This document shows, piece after piece, positions 19,284 to 28,051 of a stretch of DNA of 64,000 bases. A program made the position numbers and the translations under genes. The stretch is from Rhodothermales bacterium (GTDB lineage: Bacteria > Bacteroidota > Rhodothermia > Rhodothermales > Bin80). The stretch is from NCBI GenBank assembly GCA_022821875.1, contig JAJECV010000006.1, forward strand, positions 17,372-81,371, read 5' to 3'. The notes under the pieces were generated by a model. It saw only the letters and a program-made list of their open reading frames with translations. It was not told the origin of the DNA and made no database searches. Position 1 is the first letter of the stretch, and the number at the start of each line of letters is the position of its first letter.

Positions 19284-20594
19284 CTAATCCTGATTATGCA
19301 TGTGTAACCCAGGAGTTCGCTGAAGGAATTCTTCGTAAAGTTGGGTGTGTCTGCTTTCCATGGGCATCTCGTAGCCGGCAATGAAGACATGGTGGATCGT
19401 TGTTGCCGTTTCAAATGGATCCCCGTCGGCAACAAAAAAGGTTGCTTCCTTACCGACCTCAAGAGATCCGAGCCGGTCATCTACACCAAAAAATTCAGCA
19501 GGATTAATGGTGACGGCACGAAGTGCTTCCTCCAGAGGCAATCCGTAGGCAGCCGCGAATCCGGCATGGTAGGGTAGGTTGCGCGCATTGGCCGTGTCAT
19601 CGGAGCGGATGGCAATCTTTACCCCTGCTGCATGCATGAGTCCGGCATTTTTGTAGGCCTTGTCAAAGCGGTCGCTCTGCCGAGTCGGAACGCTCAATAC
19701 CGGCCCAACCAGACATGGGATCCCTGCTTCGGCGATCTTATCCGCAACACGCCATCCCTCTGCAAGCCCGCTGAAAAGTACACGCTCAATGCCGCGGGTC
19801 TGAACCCACTCAATGGCCGCAAGGATGTCCTTCGATGTATTGACATGAATAATGAGCGTCTGGTCACCTCGAATGACATCCCTTAATGCTTCCATGGAGG
19901 GGACATATTCCGGTCTGCGTCCATCCTCCGGGCGAGCCTGATAGGTGGAGTCAATCCGCTGATGCAATTCGGCACTGTTCCAGGTGTCATTGAGCTTCTT
20001 CATGGCCTCGTCGGCCGCTTTCTTGATGTCTTCCTCGGATCGGGAATCAAACCGCCCCCTGCGGCCTGTAGCAGGAAAACGCAAAACAACCCCCTCAAAT
20101 CCGGCAAACATCTGTTGCGGGGTGTATCCGTGAAGGTTGATCAATGCGGCCTGTCCAGGAAGCATGCCGCCGGACGGGACAGTGAGGACCGTCGTTACGC
20201 CGCTGACCCGTGTAACCGGAATCGCAACCCCATTCGGATTAACCGCGGTAAGGGCTTTCATCTGCGGTGACAGATCGCCGAGCTCCGAAGCGTCACGGGT
20301 TTCCGGTAGTGATCCTACCTCTACAAGCCCCATCTGTGTTCCCGAGTCAATCATGCCGGGATATATGCTCAGCCCCTCCAGATCAATTACCCTCGCATCC
20401 TCCGGGATGTCTACGCCGGTGCCAATCTGAATGATCGTACCGTCCTGAATCAGGATCGTGCCATTTTCAATGGTTCCCTGCGTGATGGTGATAATCCGTG
20501 CATTGGTGAGTGCCGTCACCGTATCTGTCTTCCAGGAAGACGGGGGGATCAGCAAGACAGCAGCAGTAAGCAGTGAATACAAAAGGGACATCAT
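19284..20594 (-). CDS. Secreted amidohydrolase-family protein
   Basis: Has a signal-like N-terminus and an amidohydrolase fold pattern (LIQDGTIIQIG...VIDLEGLSIYPGMIDSGT...). It shares one nucleotide with the upstream gene at 20594. Confidence 0.85.
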   Translation of the reverse strand: MMSLLYSLLTAAVLLIPPSSWKTDTVTALTNARIITITQGTIENGTILIQDGTIIQIGTGVDIPEDARVIDLEGLSIYPGMIDSGTQMGLVEVGSLPETRDASELGDLSPQMKALTAVNPNGVAIPVTRVSGVTTVLTVPSGGMLPGQAALINLHGYTPQQMFAGFEGVVLRFPATGRRGRFDSRSEEDIKKAADEAMKKLNDTWNSAELHQRIDSTYQARPEDGRRPEYVPSMEALRDVIRGDQTLIIHVNTSKDILAAIEWVQTRGIERVLFSGLAEGWRVADKIAEAGIPCLVGPVLSVPTRQSDRFDKAYKNAGLMHAAGVKIAIRSDDTANARNLPYHAGFAAAYGLPLEEALRAVTINPAEFFGVDDRLGSLEVGKEATFFVADGDPFETATTIHHVFIAGYEMPMESRHTQLYEEFLQRTPGLHMHNQD

Positions 20595-21979
20595 TAATTA
20601 CTTTCCAGAAAGTCATAAAGGTCCAGTGATCCTTCATACAGGCACTGGTGTGTATCTTCGTGCGAATGAATGACCGCCGTATCAACGGTACTTTCGGGAT
20701 CTACGATTAAGCGCATATCATCGGCATCTTCTTCAATATCAAAGTAGACAATACCGTCAACGACCGTCTTTTGGTTGATTGCATAGATGGAGAGCGGGTG
20801 ACGGTCAAAGATCGCTAAATCCCCCTCCTTACCGACCTCAATAGAACCGATGCGGTCACCAATGCCGAGTTGAATAGCCGGATTGATCGTGATGAGTGCC
20901 AGCGCCTCGTCATCGGTGAGGTCACCGTATTTCTGGGATTTTGCTGCCTCATGGTACAGGTGACGATTCAGTTCTCCCGAGTCGGAGTTAATGGAGGTGA
21001 GCACCCCGTTGCGGGTCAGGATTGCCGCGTTATAGGCGGTTGAATAATAGACCTCAAACTTATATCCCCACCAGTCAGCAAACACGGAGGCGGTAGCGCC
21101 AAATTCGGCAAGTTCAGGGGCAATCTTGAATCCCTCATTGACATGCTGCAGAGTGATTTGGTCAATACCAAAATCTTCCAGAACTCCCAGAAGCATCAGA
21201 ATTTCGTCTGCTCGATAAGAGTGACAGTGAATCATAATATCTCCATTGAGGATGTCCGCCATAATCTCCAATTGGCTGTTATAGGCAGGGGGGATCGCAC
21301 GCGGATTTGTTTTTACGTCCTCCTCGTACTGAGCCCAGGCCTCCCGATAGCGCTCTGCTTTTGCAAATGTCTCACGCAGTACATATTCAACGCCCATACG
21401 GGATGCGGGGCGTTTGTTATTTCCGCGGCCGTGTACACGGGTAGGATTTTCTCCGAGGGCGAATTTAATGGTGCGCGGTGCCCCCGCCATGCGTAGTTCA
21501 TCGGGGTCCAGAAGCCCCCAGCGGTGCTTGATCGTTTCATTCTGTCCTCCAATTACATTGGCGGATCCATGCATCACATGCGAAGCGGTTACTCCCCCTG
21601 CCAATGCGCGATAGATCGCAATACTGTAGGGATTAAGGACATCCCCGACGGAGACCTGAGCCGTGACAGGAGCAGAAGACTCGTTCACATTGCTGATGCC
21701 GATATGCGAGTGCGCATCAATAATTCCCGGCATCACATACATGCCGGTGGCATCAATGACAGGGGTATCCTGTGGCGCATTCAACTGTTCACCGACCGCA
21801 GCGATAATCCCGTCTCGTATCAGCACATCCGTGTTTTCCATGGTTCCATTCGTGACGGTCAACACAGTGGCATTACGGATCAGCAGGTCCCCGGTGGGGA
21901 GTTCCTGCGCCGCAGAATTTATCGCAACAGAAAGCAGTGCGATGAAAAAAACCGTTTTAAGTCTCATTCTATCCGTCAT
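20594..21979 (-). CDS. Secreted amidohydrolase (metal-dependent hydrolase) with an HxH motif
   Basis: Has a signal peptide (LKTVFFIALLSVAINSAAQ), the motif VMPGIIDAHSHIG (HxH metal site) and, later, HCHSYRADE. Confidence 0.85.
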   Translation of the reverse strand: MTDRMRLKTVFFIALLSVAINSAAQELPTGDLLIRNATVLTVTNGTMENTDVLIRDGIIAAVGEQLNAPQDTPVIDATGMYVMPGIIDAHSHIGISNVNESSAPVTAQVSVGDVLNPYSIAIYRALAGGVTASHVMHGSANVIGGQNETIKHRWGLLDPDELRMAGAPRTIKFALGENPTRVHGRGNNKRPASRMGVEYVLRETFAKAERYREAWAQYEEDVKTNPRAIPPAYNSQLEIMADILNGDIMIHCHSYRADEILMLLGVLEDFGIDQITLQHVNEGFKIAPELAEFGATASVFADWWGYKFEVYYSTAYNAAILTRNGVLTSINSDSGELNRHLYHEAAKSQKYGDLTDDEALALITINPAIQLGIGDRIGSIEVGKEGDLAIFDRHPLSIYAINQKTVVDGIVYFDIEEDADDMRLIVDPESTVDTAVIHSHEDTHQCLYEGSLDLYDFLESN

Positions 21980-23760
21980 TGGACTGTGGTTGATTTCTCG
22001 GGTCCGGATGTTCGCGTACCAGATACGGATACCGGACCAATATCGGGAACATCAAAAGAGCCATTTATTGAATTGGCATCTAATGTGAGTGAAGAAGTGA
22101 TGTTGCCAAACTCTCCCGCATCAAAGGAAAAGGTCAGCACATTACCATTCATGGCAATAGATTCAAGTTGGGATGTCTCTGGTGTAATGTCCACGATTAA
22201 AGTGCCGGACCAGTCATCATCTGATCCACTGATGGTGAGTGTTCCCGCAATCTCTCCATCGGGCGATGAGATACTGAGTGACCATGTTCCGGCAGGATTC
22301 GCCTCTGCGTCAGCATCGCTGCCGGAAGTTTTTTTTGGCGGCTCTATTTCATATTTGCGTCCATCTACGAAGACATACTTAACCTGCCCCTCTTCATCAA
22401 AGATGGATCCTCTGGTAACCACCAGATTGCCCATTTTCCCCACCTCAACGGTTCCCATACTGGAAGTAAGTCCGAGGATTTGCGCTGGTGTGGTGGTGAG
22501 GGCAGCCAGAGCAGCATTTTCCGAAAGCCCCTCTTCGATCATCTTTCTGACGTTGGTCAGAAGATCGGAGGGAGATGCACTACCTGTTGAAAATCCAAAG
22601 GAAAGCCCTTCGGATTCAAGTACCGCGGCATTGCCGACATGGGTCTTATAAGCGATGGTGCGGCGGGCTTCCAGATTTGCTTTCTCCGATTCCAGATCCG
22701 TGAATGAGGTGACACGATGATCAGGATCGTAGTCCAGATGCATAATTTCAGGCAGTTCAGCCGGAGCATCCGTCGGGGGAGTTTCCGTAGAATCTGCCGG
22801 CGGCTCCTTTTTGTTTTGTTTTGGCTCTTTTGGAAGTTCAAGAGTTAGCAGAAGGGGCAGGTCTGCCGATTTTAGTTTATCTATTGCATCAAAACTCTGG
22901 CTGAGCCCTGTAAGTACGGCAGGGAATCCCAGTTCTTCCTGGACAGACAATACGCGGTGCAGATCAAGGACCCCATCAGTATGAAAGAAAATCGGCCGTT
23001 CCCCTTCCAGTACAGGAAACATGGCATAGTGGACGGGATCGTATTGTGGACGCTCAAGTCCCGTTGGATCTTCACGGTATAATCGGTCAGCCCGGTGTCG
23101 CCGCTCAGATTCCTTATAGAGTTGACGCAGTTTTGCAATGACCGCCATGTCGGTTCCCGGGTACATTCTGCGTGCTCCGCTCAGTTGTGCATACAATGCA
23201 GTTTCTCCTTGATACACCATTTCGTTAGGGGTGTCGCCTCCAAGGAGAATAATGGCTCCGACACCGGGGAGCATACGACCCCTGGGAACGACATGTGCAG
23301 CCGTGAAGCCGGACTCCCGCATAGAAGCAATACGCTTGTCTTTGGGGTCAAGTAAAGGCCGCACATCCCGGTATGGCAGGATCCCCGCTAATTCGTCTGG
23401 CGGGTTGGCAGGATCGTCCGGGCGCTCCTGTTCGGGTTGCTGTTTTGGTTGAGGAATCCCTGTATGTGAAAGGCCATCAATGAAGCCGGCATAGACCGTC
23501 AGCGAGTCTGCGGGTATTTCAAAGGCATCAAAGGGGATCGCTGCATCAGGTCCGACTGCGATGATCAGGCCATCCCGAATGATCACATTGCTTCGTTCCT
23601 GAACCTGTCCGGGAGACGGGATGATCTTTGCGTTCGTAAGCGCAATGGTTCGCGTCACATCAGGAACCGACTCTCCGCTATTGACCTGTGCCTTTACAGG
23701 CAGATTCATCAAAAGAATACAGCATGCTGTGGCAGCAAAGACAAAGTAGTGAATACGCAT
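21976..23760 (-). CDS. Secreted amidohydrolase-family protein with an extra C-terminal beta-rich domain
   Basis: The ORF runs to 23820, but the ATG at 23760 gives a clean signal peptide (MRIHYFVFAATACCILLMNLPVKAQ). It has amidohydrolase-like N- and mid-sections and a 4-nt overlap with the next gene at 21976-21979. Confidence 0.8.
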   Translation of the reverse strand: MRIHYFVFAATACCILLMNLPVKAQVNSGESVPDVTRTIALTNAKIIPSPGQVQERSNVIIRDGLIIAVGPDAAIPFDAFEIPADSLTVYAGFIDGLSHTGIPQPKQQPEQERPDDPANPPDELAGILPYRDVRPLLDPKDKRIASMRESGFTAAHVVPRGRMLPGVGAIILLGGDTPNEMVYQGETALYAQLSGARRMYPGTDMAVIAKLRQLYKESERRHRADRLYREDPTGLERPQYDPVHYAMFPVLEGERPIFFHTDGVLDLHRVLSVQEELGFPAVLTGLSQSFDAIDKLKSADLPLLLTLELPKEPKQNKKEPPADSTETPPTDAPAELPEIMHLDYDPDHRVTSFTDLESEKANLEARRTIAYKTHVGNAAVLESEGLSFGFSTGSASPSDLLTNVRKMIEEGLSENAALAALTTTPAQILGLTSSMGTVEVGKMGNLVVTRGSIFDEEGQVKYVFVDGRKYEIEPPKKTSGSDADAEANPAGTWSLSISSPDGEIAGTLTISGSDDDWSGTLIVDITPETSQLESIAMNGNVLTFSFDAGEFGNITSSLTLDANSINGSFDVPDIGPVSVSGTRTSGPEKSTTVQ

Positions 23761-23822
23761 GATAGACTGCAGTGAGGAGTGGTTAAGACAATATACGGAC
23801 TGCAGGTCTATCAAAAGCATGC

Positions 23823-25589
23823 TTATGTGAGGTTCAACTTTAATTGAGATACACGCTGAACAATTTTCGCACGGTCCATAGACCGATATATTTCAGGCAG
23901 TGCCTCTTTGCTTGTACTTTCCAGTACCGCCACCAGCGCCTGGAGTTCTTTTTCCTCGGTATTCTCCGGCGGAATAAAGTCTTCTACAACGGAGGTCAGG
24001 ATTTCGGCGGTGACAGCACCGGGATCGCCATGAATCGCAGCAGCCTGAAATTTTGCGCGTGTCAGCAGTGCCTCCATATCGGCCCCACTGTAGATCGTCT
24101 TTCCATTTAACAGAGCTTTGGGGATAGATGCTTCGGGAAGATCAATCTTTGTTCTGCGCATCATTACGCGCAGCAGTTCAAGACGATCTTCCTGGGTAGA
24201 GGGGTAAAAGAGCGCAATATGTTCTTCCGCTCTTCCTTGGCGTTTGAGGTCAACCGGCATCAGGTCGGGGCGTGCCGTGATCAGAAAGAATATGATTCGC
24301 CCGCGGTGTTCCGGTTTGCTCATAAAAGAGGCAATCTGCCCGAAAACGCGCTTGGAGACCCCCGAATCTCCTTCCGCATCCCGATTCCCCAGTGCTGCAT
24401 CTGCTTCGTCAATCATCACCGCAACCGGCGGCATGGCTTCCAGAAGATTCAGGATCCGTTCCAGATTGCCTTCGGTCTGTCCCTGCCATTGAGAGCGAAA
24501 GTTCTTAAGCTTTACCATGGGGATTCCAATATCGTTGGCAAAGCAGGTAATCATAAAAGTTTTTCCTGTTCCAACCGGTCCGCTCACTAGATATCCCATT
24601 GGCATCACCTCGTGCATTCCCTGCTTTAAGGCAGATGCCGCCTGACGCAGGTGCGCTTTTGCTTCAGAATGTCCGGCGACATCATCCAGCCCAGTACTGG
24701 ATTCTACAAATTCCAGCATCCCAAAGGCAGACTCCTCAATCAAAGACTTTTTGAGCGTGGATAGATGGTCAAAACTCAGATGGGTTTTGTTTTCCAGCGT
24801 GTCTGCAAGGATGGTTTGCAGTTGCGTATATCCGAGGCCGGGGGTGTTCTGTGAAAATTCTTCCAGTCCAAGATCAGAATGTTCTTCAAAGACAGGCATG
24901 GAATCTTTTGTCGCCCACTCTGCAAATGCAAGACGATCTTCTTTCTCGGGGAGGGGGATATTGATCTCGGCAGTCCAGGGGCTTTGTACATGCTGCTGAT
25001 TGAGGTCACTCAGGTTTTCTGTAATCAGGCAAATTGTAAAGTCATGCTCTAGAAACAGCGGATCATGCGCCCAGCGCTGTAAATTTACGAGTGCACTTCG
25101 ATCTTCGGCGGAATACATGGAGGCCTCTGCCATTGGAATAATGGTTTCGGCATAGTCAATGATGCAGGCAATCCGTTTTCGGGATCCGAGGCGCAGCCGG
25201 AAGTAGTTGTCAAGGATGGATAGAACCTGTGACGGGTTACGGGGCCGTTTTTTTGCAAACTCGGTTCCATACAGGCTGTCATGTCCTGAGACTGCACGGT
25301 TAAAGTCTTTTTGCATGTCTGCGTTCAGGAAATGGATCCCTGCCGCCCGGTCATAAAACACTACGAGATCTCTGGCCGCAAACAGTTCATTTGCCAGAAA
25401 GTGGGTCAGTCCGATATAGTCAGCCTTCCCGGATTCGGGGTTTTCATGCCGCACAAGGTCACGCACATTCCCATGAAGGATGAACTGAATCAATGTTTTC
25501 GTGAAGTACTTTCGGGCCAGCATCCGGGCCCATTCGGGGTAATGCGCGGCGTGCCGGTCAAATTCTGATGCCTGCTGTAGATCCTGCAT
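23823..25589 (-). CDS. AAA+ ATPase (classic clade) with a large N-terminal domain
   Basis: Walker A is GYLVSGPVGTGKTFM and Walker B is VAVMIDEADAAL, followed by a sensor and arginine region. No signal peptide is present. Confidence 0.85.
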   Translation of the reverse strand: MQDLQQASEFDRHAAHYPEWARMLARKYFTKTLIQFILHGNVRDLVRHENPESGKADYIGLTHFLANELFAARDLVVFYDRAAGIHFLNADMQKDFNRAVSGHDSLYGTEFAKKRPRNPSQVLSILDNYFRLRLGSRKRIACIIDYAETIIPMAEASMYSAEDRSALVNLQRWAHDPLFLEHDFTICLITENLSDLNQQHVQSPWTAEINIPLPEKEDRLAFAEWATKDSMPVFEEHSDLGLEEFSQNTPGLGYTQLQTILADTLENKTHLSFDHLSTLKKSLIEESAFGMLEFVESSTGLDDVAGHSEAKAHLRQAASALKQGMHEVMPMGYLVSGPVGTGKTFMITCFANDIGIPMVKLKNFRSQWQGQTEGNLERILNLLEAMPPVAVMIDEADAALGNRDAEGDSGVSKRVFGQIASFMSKPEHRGRIIFFLITARPDLMPVDLKRQGRAEEHIALFYPSTQEDRLELLRVMMRRTKIDLPEASIPKALLNGKTIYSGADMEALLTRAKFQAAAIHGDPGAVTAEILTSVVEDFIPPENTEEKELQALVAVLESTSKEALPEIYRSMDRAKIVQRVSQLKLNLT

Positions 25590-25835
25590 AGTAATTTTAT
25601 GGGTTACAGTTCCGGTAACGGGTTACTACGCTATAAGATACAGTATAGACCGTCACATTACGAAAAAGGAAACGTCTGAATATTCGTGGAATTGGAACCC
25701 ATGCATGCAATCCACATCGTTGCAAGATCGGTTCATACATGTATAGATCAGAAGCCAGAATGCAGGATTGACTGCAAAATTCGGTTCTTCGATTGAAGAA
25801 GAGGATCTACTCAAGAAGCTGCATCCTTGCGGACA

Positions 25836-26127
25836 TTAATGTCTGATTTCTTTTGATTCAAGAACTGACGGACTCAACTTTCCCAGATACCGGGCTATTT
25901 GCGAGATCTCTCCTGTTGGATCGTAATCGCTGATCGCTTTCAATCGTAACAGGTGATCGTTTTCATCGTAATAGTTACCAGTCACATGGCTGATTTGTTC
26001 GAAGCCATCCGCGCACATTCCGCCAGTTAAATCCGTCGGTCTCGTAGAAGAGTTTTTCCAGAACTTTACAGTCTTCCAGGGTGATCTGGTCAATAAGGCG
26101 GCAGCCCAGAAACTGCGACGGCAAGAA
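25836..26127 (-). pseudogene. Fragment of a leucine-rich-repeat protein (N-cap plus first repeat), frameshifted and lacking a start codon
   Basis: My own translation gives one frame reading ...ITLEDCKVLEKLFYETDGFNWRNVRGWLRTNQPCDW*. The listed ORF frame continues HVTGNYYDENDHLLRLKAISDYDPTGEISQIARYLGKL. Together these mimic the LRR N-cap pattern (ALxxLYxxTxGxxWxxxxxW...C.W.GVT...L.L..N.LtG.IP..lG.L). Confidence 0.4.
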
Positions 26128-26367
26128 TCAACGGAACAGCGCGGGCCATATGCACAGGAGTCTGTGAATCCCCTACCATTCTATGTCCGGGTTGTTCGTG
26201 ATTCCGGGGGCTGCAGCTCTCGAATCACGCTCATCAACCGGAACCAAATTGCGGTGTATCCGCAAGTGGGCGTATGGGGGCACATCAAATTTTGCGCGGC
26301 GGTGAGATACAACAGCGCGGAGGGATATAAGTCCGAATCAGAATGTCAGCGCTCAAAAAGAGCCGTT

Positions 26368-26742
26368 CTATGAAAATAATTGGAGCGCCCCCTGAAAGAG
26401 TCCTAAGGTCAGGCCTATTCCGATTAACCAGCGCACGATCCGAACCTCAGTAGCACTGATTTTTGCATCCAGAGCACTGATTTCTACACGCAACCCACTG
26501 ATTTCCACACGCAAGTCACTGATTTCCACACGCAAATCGCCAATTTCCACGCGTATGGAGTCTATTTTACCATCCGTGCCTTTCTGCAATTCACCAACAT
26601 GAGTACGCACGAACTCCGTGGTTGCGAGATTCCCGTTCTGATGGCTAACGGCATCTGCAACGACATCTGCAATGGCTTCAGCTTGTTCTCGCTTAATCCC
26701 TGATTTGGTGAGTTCACGAGCAATCGTAAGTGTGTTAATCAT
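26368..26742 (-). CDS. DUF1640-like coiled-coil protein with a C-terminal TM anchor
   Basis: The N-terminus TIARELTKSGIKREQAEAIADVVADAV resembles DUF1640. It has heptad repeats (DLRVEIS, several copies) and a C-terminal TM helix (WLIGIGLTLGLFQGALQLF). Confidence 0.7.
   Translation of the reverse strand: MINTLTIARELTKSGIKREQAEAIADVVADAVSHQNGNLATTEFVRTHVGELQKGTDGKIDSIRVEIGDLRVEISDLRVEISGLRVEISALDAKISATEVRIVRWLIGIGLTLGLFQGALQLFS
26454..26558 (-). repeat. In-frame 21-bp tandem repeat, 5 units (heptad-encoding)
   Basis: Units start at 26454, 26475, 26496, 26517 and 26538. The core is cactgatttccacacgcaa.., with the outer units diverged. Confidence 0.85.
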
Positions 26743-26797
26743 GTTTCTGAAGATAGTTCAATTGCTGGTACATTGCTTTGGGGCTATGGTTCCCATT

Positions 26798-27045
26798 TCA
26801 TATTGGCCATGACTGGAGATGTTCAATTTTCGTACGGATACCTGAATTAAGTTCAGACATGATGATCTGGAGTCGGCCCACTCCCCCACCAAAAGCACAG
26901 ACGAACTGTTCGTATTTCACGATCTTTTCCGTTGAAACATAAGAACTCAATGCAGGATCAAAAATCCAGAACGAACCTCTAATTCGTAGCCATCCCTGAC
27001 TAAACGCTTGAGGTCTTCTCTATGATTGGTCAGTTCTTGTGACAT
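26798..27045 (-). pseudogene. Remnant of the N-terminal domain of an E1-like (ThiF-family) protein of multiubiquitin-type operons; frameshifted and truncated
   Basis: Absent from the ORF track. The ATG at 27045 gives MSQELTNHREDLKRLVRDGYELEVRSGFLILH* (stop 26947-26949). A second frame continues PALSSYVSTEKIVKYEQFVCAFGGGVGRLQIIMSELNSG... to the stop at 26798. This matches my recollection of the S.dLkRLrdeGYe.ev..GyLLv..vPYV N-terminus of ThiF proteins encoded next to multiubiquitin genes. Confidence 0.45.
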
Positions 27046-27067
27046 TTACAATCATCCCGTCGCAACC

Positions 27068-27262
27068 CTATACTCTCTGTCCTTCGTCCAGTTCTCCCTC
27101 TGTTATAGTACCTCTAGCCTCTCGAAACGTGATGGTAAATACAATCATTGGTCCCCTTACATGATTCGGGAACGCAAGGTCTACAAGTCCATCAAACGAG
27201 AGTTCATCATCACTCACTTCTTCTTTACGCCCGTTAACGGTGATTACATATGTGGTGCAATG
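27068..27262 (-). pseudogene. Multiubiquitin-domain-like (Ubl) gene fragment with no start codon and a premature stop
   Basis: Absent from the ORF track. A 64-codon open frame reads HCTTYVITVNGRKEEVSDDELSFDGLVDLAFPNHVRGPMIVFTITFREARGTITEGELDEGQRV*. It fits the pattern I.VNG...v....lsy..vv.LAFp....(x)n..tVty....G.L..Gq.V that I recall for the multiubiquitin family. It ends where the last strand (..v.v.dGm.F.V) would follow. Confidence 0.5.
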
Positions 27263-27337
27263 TTATAACATTAAATCATGATCTTCAAGCATAAAATTCC
27301 ATGTCTCCGCTGGGCCAGTGTATTAATGTCAACTAAG

Positions 27338-28051
27338 TCAGCACACTGGCATTTGGTCCCATGTGCGACCATCTAATACGCGCCCTGTACGTTTTTTGAA
27401 GACTCCTCCCCACTGTTTGAAGAAAAATGGGATGTCCTTTTGTAGACAGTCGTCACGAATTTCCCGGACCCAATCCGGCTCCATGGGTCTTGCACCCGGC
27501 CCAGATTCTCCTCCAACAATGACCCAATCAATCCCATTCAGGGGAATACCAGAAAGAGGACCAAGCAGTGGCTCAAGTGACAAAAATTTGGTTTGTGCCC
27601 CAGTGGCTCTGAGTTCTTCAAGGCGAAACTGCCAGCGTTGCGACTCAATGCTGGTCCCAAGCCAAATGTTTGGGCTCCATGTTAGGTGCTGATTGAGATC
27701 AAGAACACGATTTGGCCTTTTTGTGAGTACCTGAAAAGTATGATGCGAGGCTTGGTTCATTGTTTCAAAAACGGCTTTGATGAACGACAAGGAAACCTCC
27801 TCATGGAAGAGATCAGACATCGAATTGACAAAAACGAGGCGTGGTTTACGCCATTTCAGCGGATCTTTGAGTGTGGAGGGATGCATGGTAACGGAGAATC
27901 CGTTACGGTATTTGTCCACCCCCATCGCCTGAAGCCGCTTCGCCATACGATCCGCGTAGCAGAATTTACATCCATGGCTGATCTTGGTACAACCTGTAAC
28001 CGGGTTCCAGGTTGTCTCTGTCCACTCAATGCCGGACTGTGTTGACATCAC
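27338..28051 (-). CDS. DUF5131 (phage Gp37/Gp68 family) three-Cys-motif protein
   Basis: The N-terminus [32 protein letters not shown] (C-x7-C-x2-C) and the later [16 protein letters not shown]...W are hallmarks of this family. The start is GTG at 28051 or ATG at 28048. Confidence 0.85.
   Translation of the reverse strand: MMSTQSGIEWTETTWNPVTGCTKISHGCKFCYADRMAKRLQAMGVDKYRNGFSVTMHPSTLKDPLKWRKPRLVFVNSMSDLFHEEVSLSFIKAVFETMNQASHHTFQVLTKRPNRVLDLNQHLTWSPNIWLGTSIESQRWQFRLEELRATGAQTKFLSLEPLLGPLSGIPLNGIDWVIVGGESGPGARPMEPDWVREIRDDCLQKDIPFFFKQWGGVFKKRTGRVLDGRTWDQMPVC

Noticed and set aside
21524-22651. A 375-codon plus-strand ORF
   Set aside because: It lies entirely antisense to the two amidohydrolase genes, which have clear family motifs. 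Its translation is Ser/Arg/Pro-rich and non-globular. It is a shadow ORF.
26454-26558. Regular 21-bp direct repeats considered as a possible CRISPR or other non-coding array
   Set aside because: The units are contiguous with no spacers, are in frame, and encode heptads of a coiled-coil protein. No cas genes are present in the window.
27026-27268. An 80-codon plus-strand ORF from the track
   Set aside because: Its translation (…YSLSFVQFSLCYSTSSLSKRDGKYNHW…) is not protein-like. The opposite strand gives the multiubiquitin-like and E1-like fragments, which explain the interval better.
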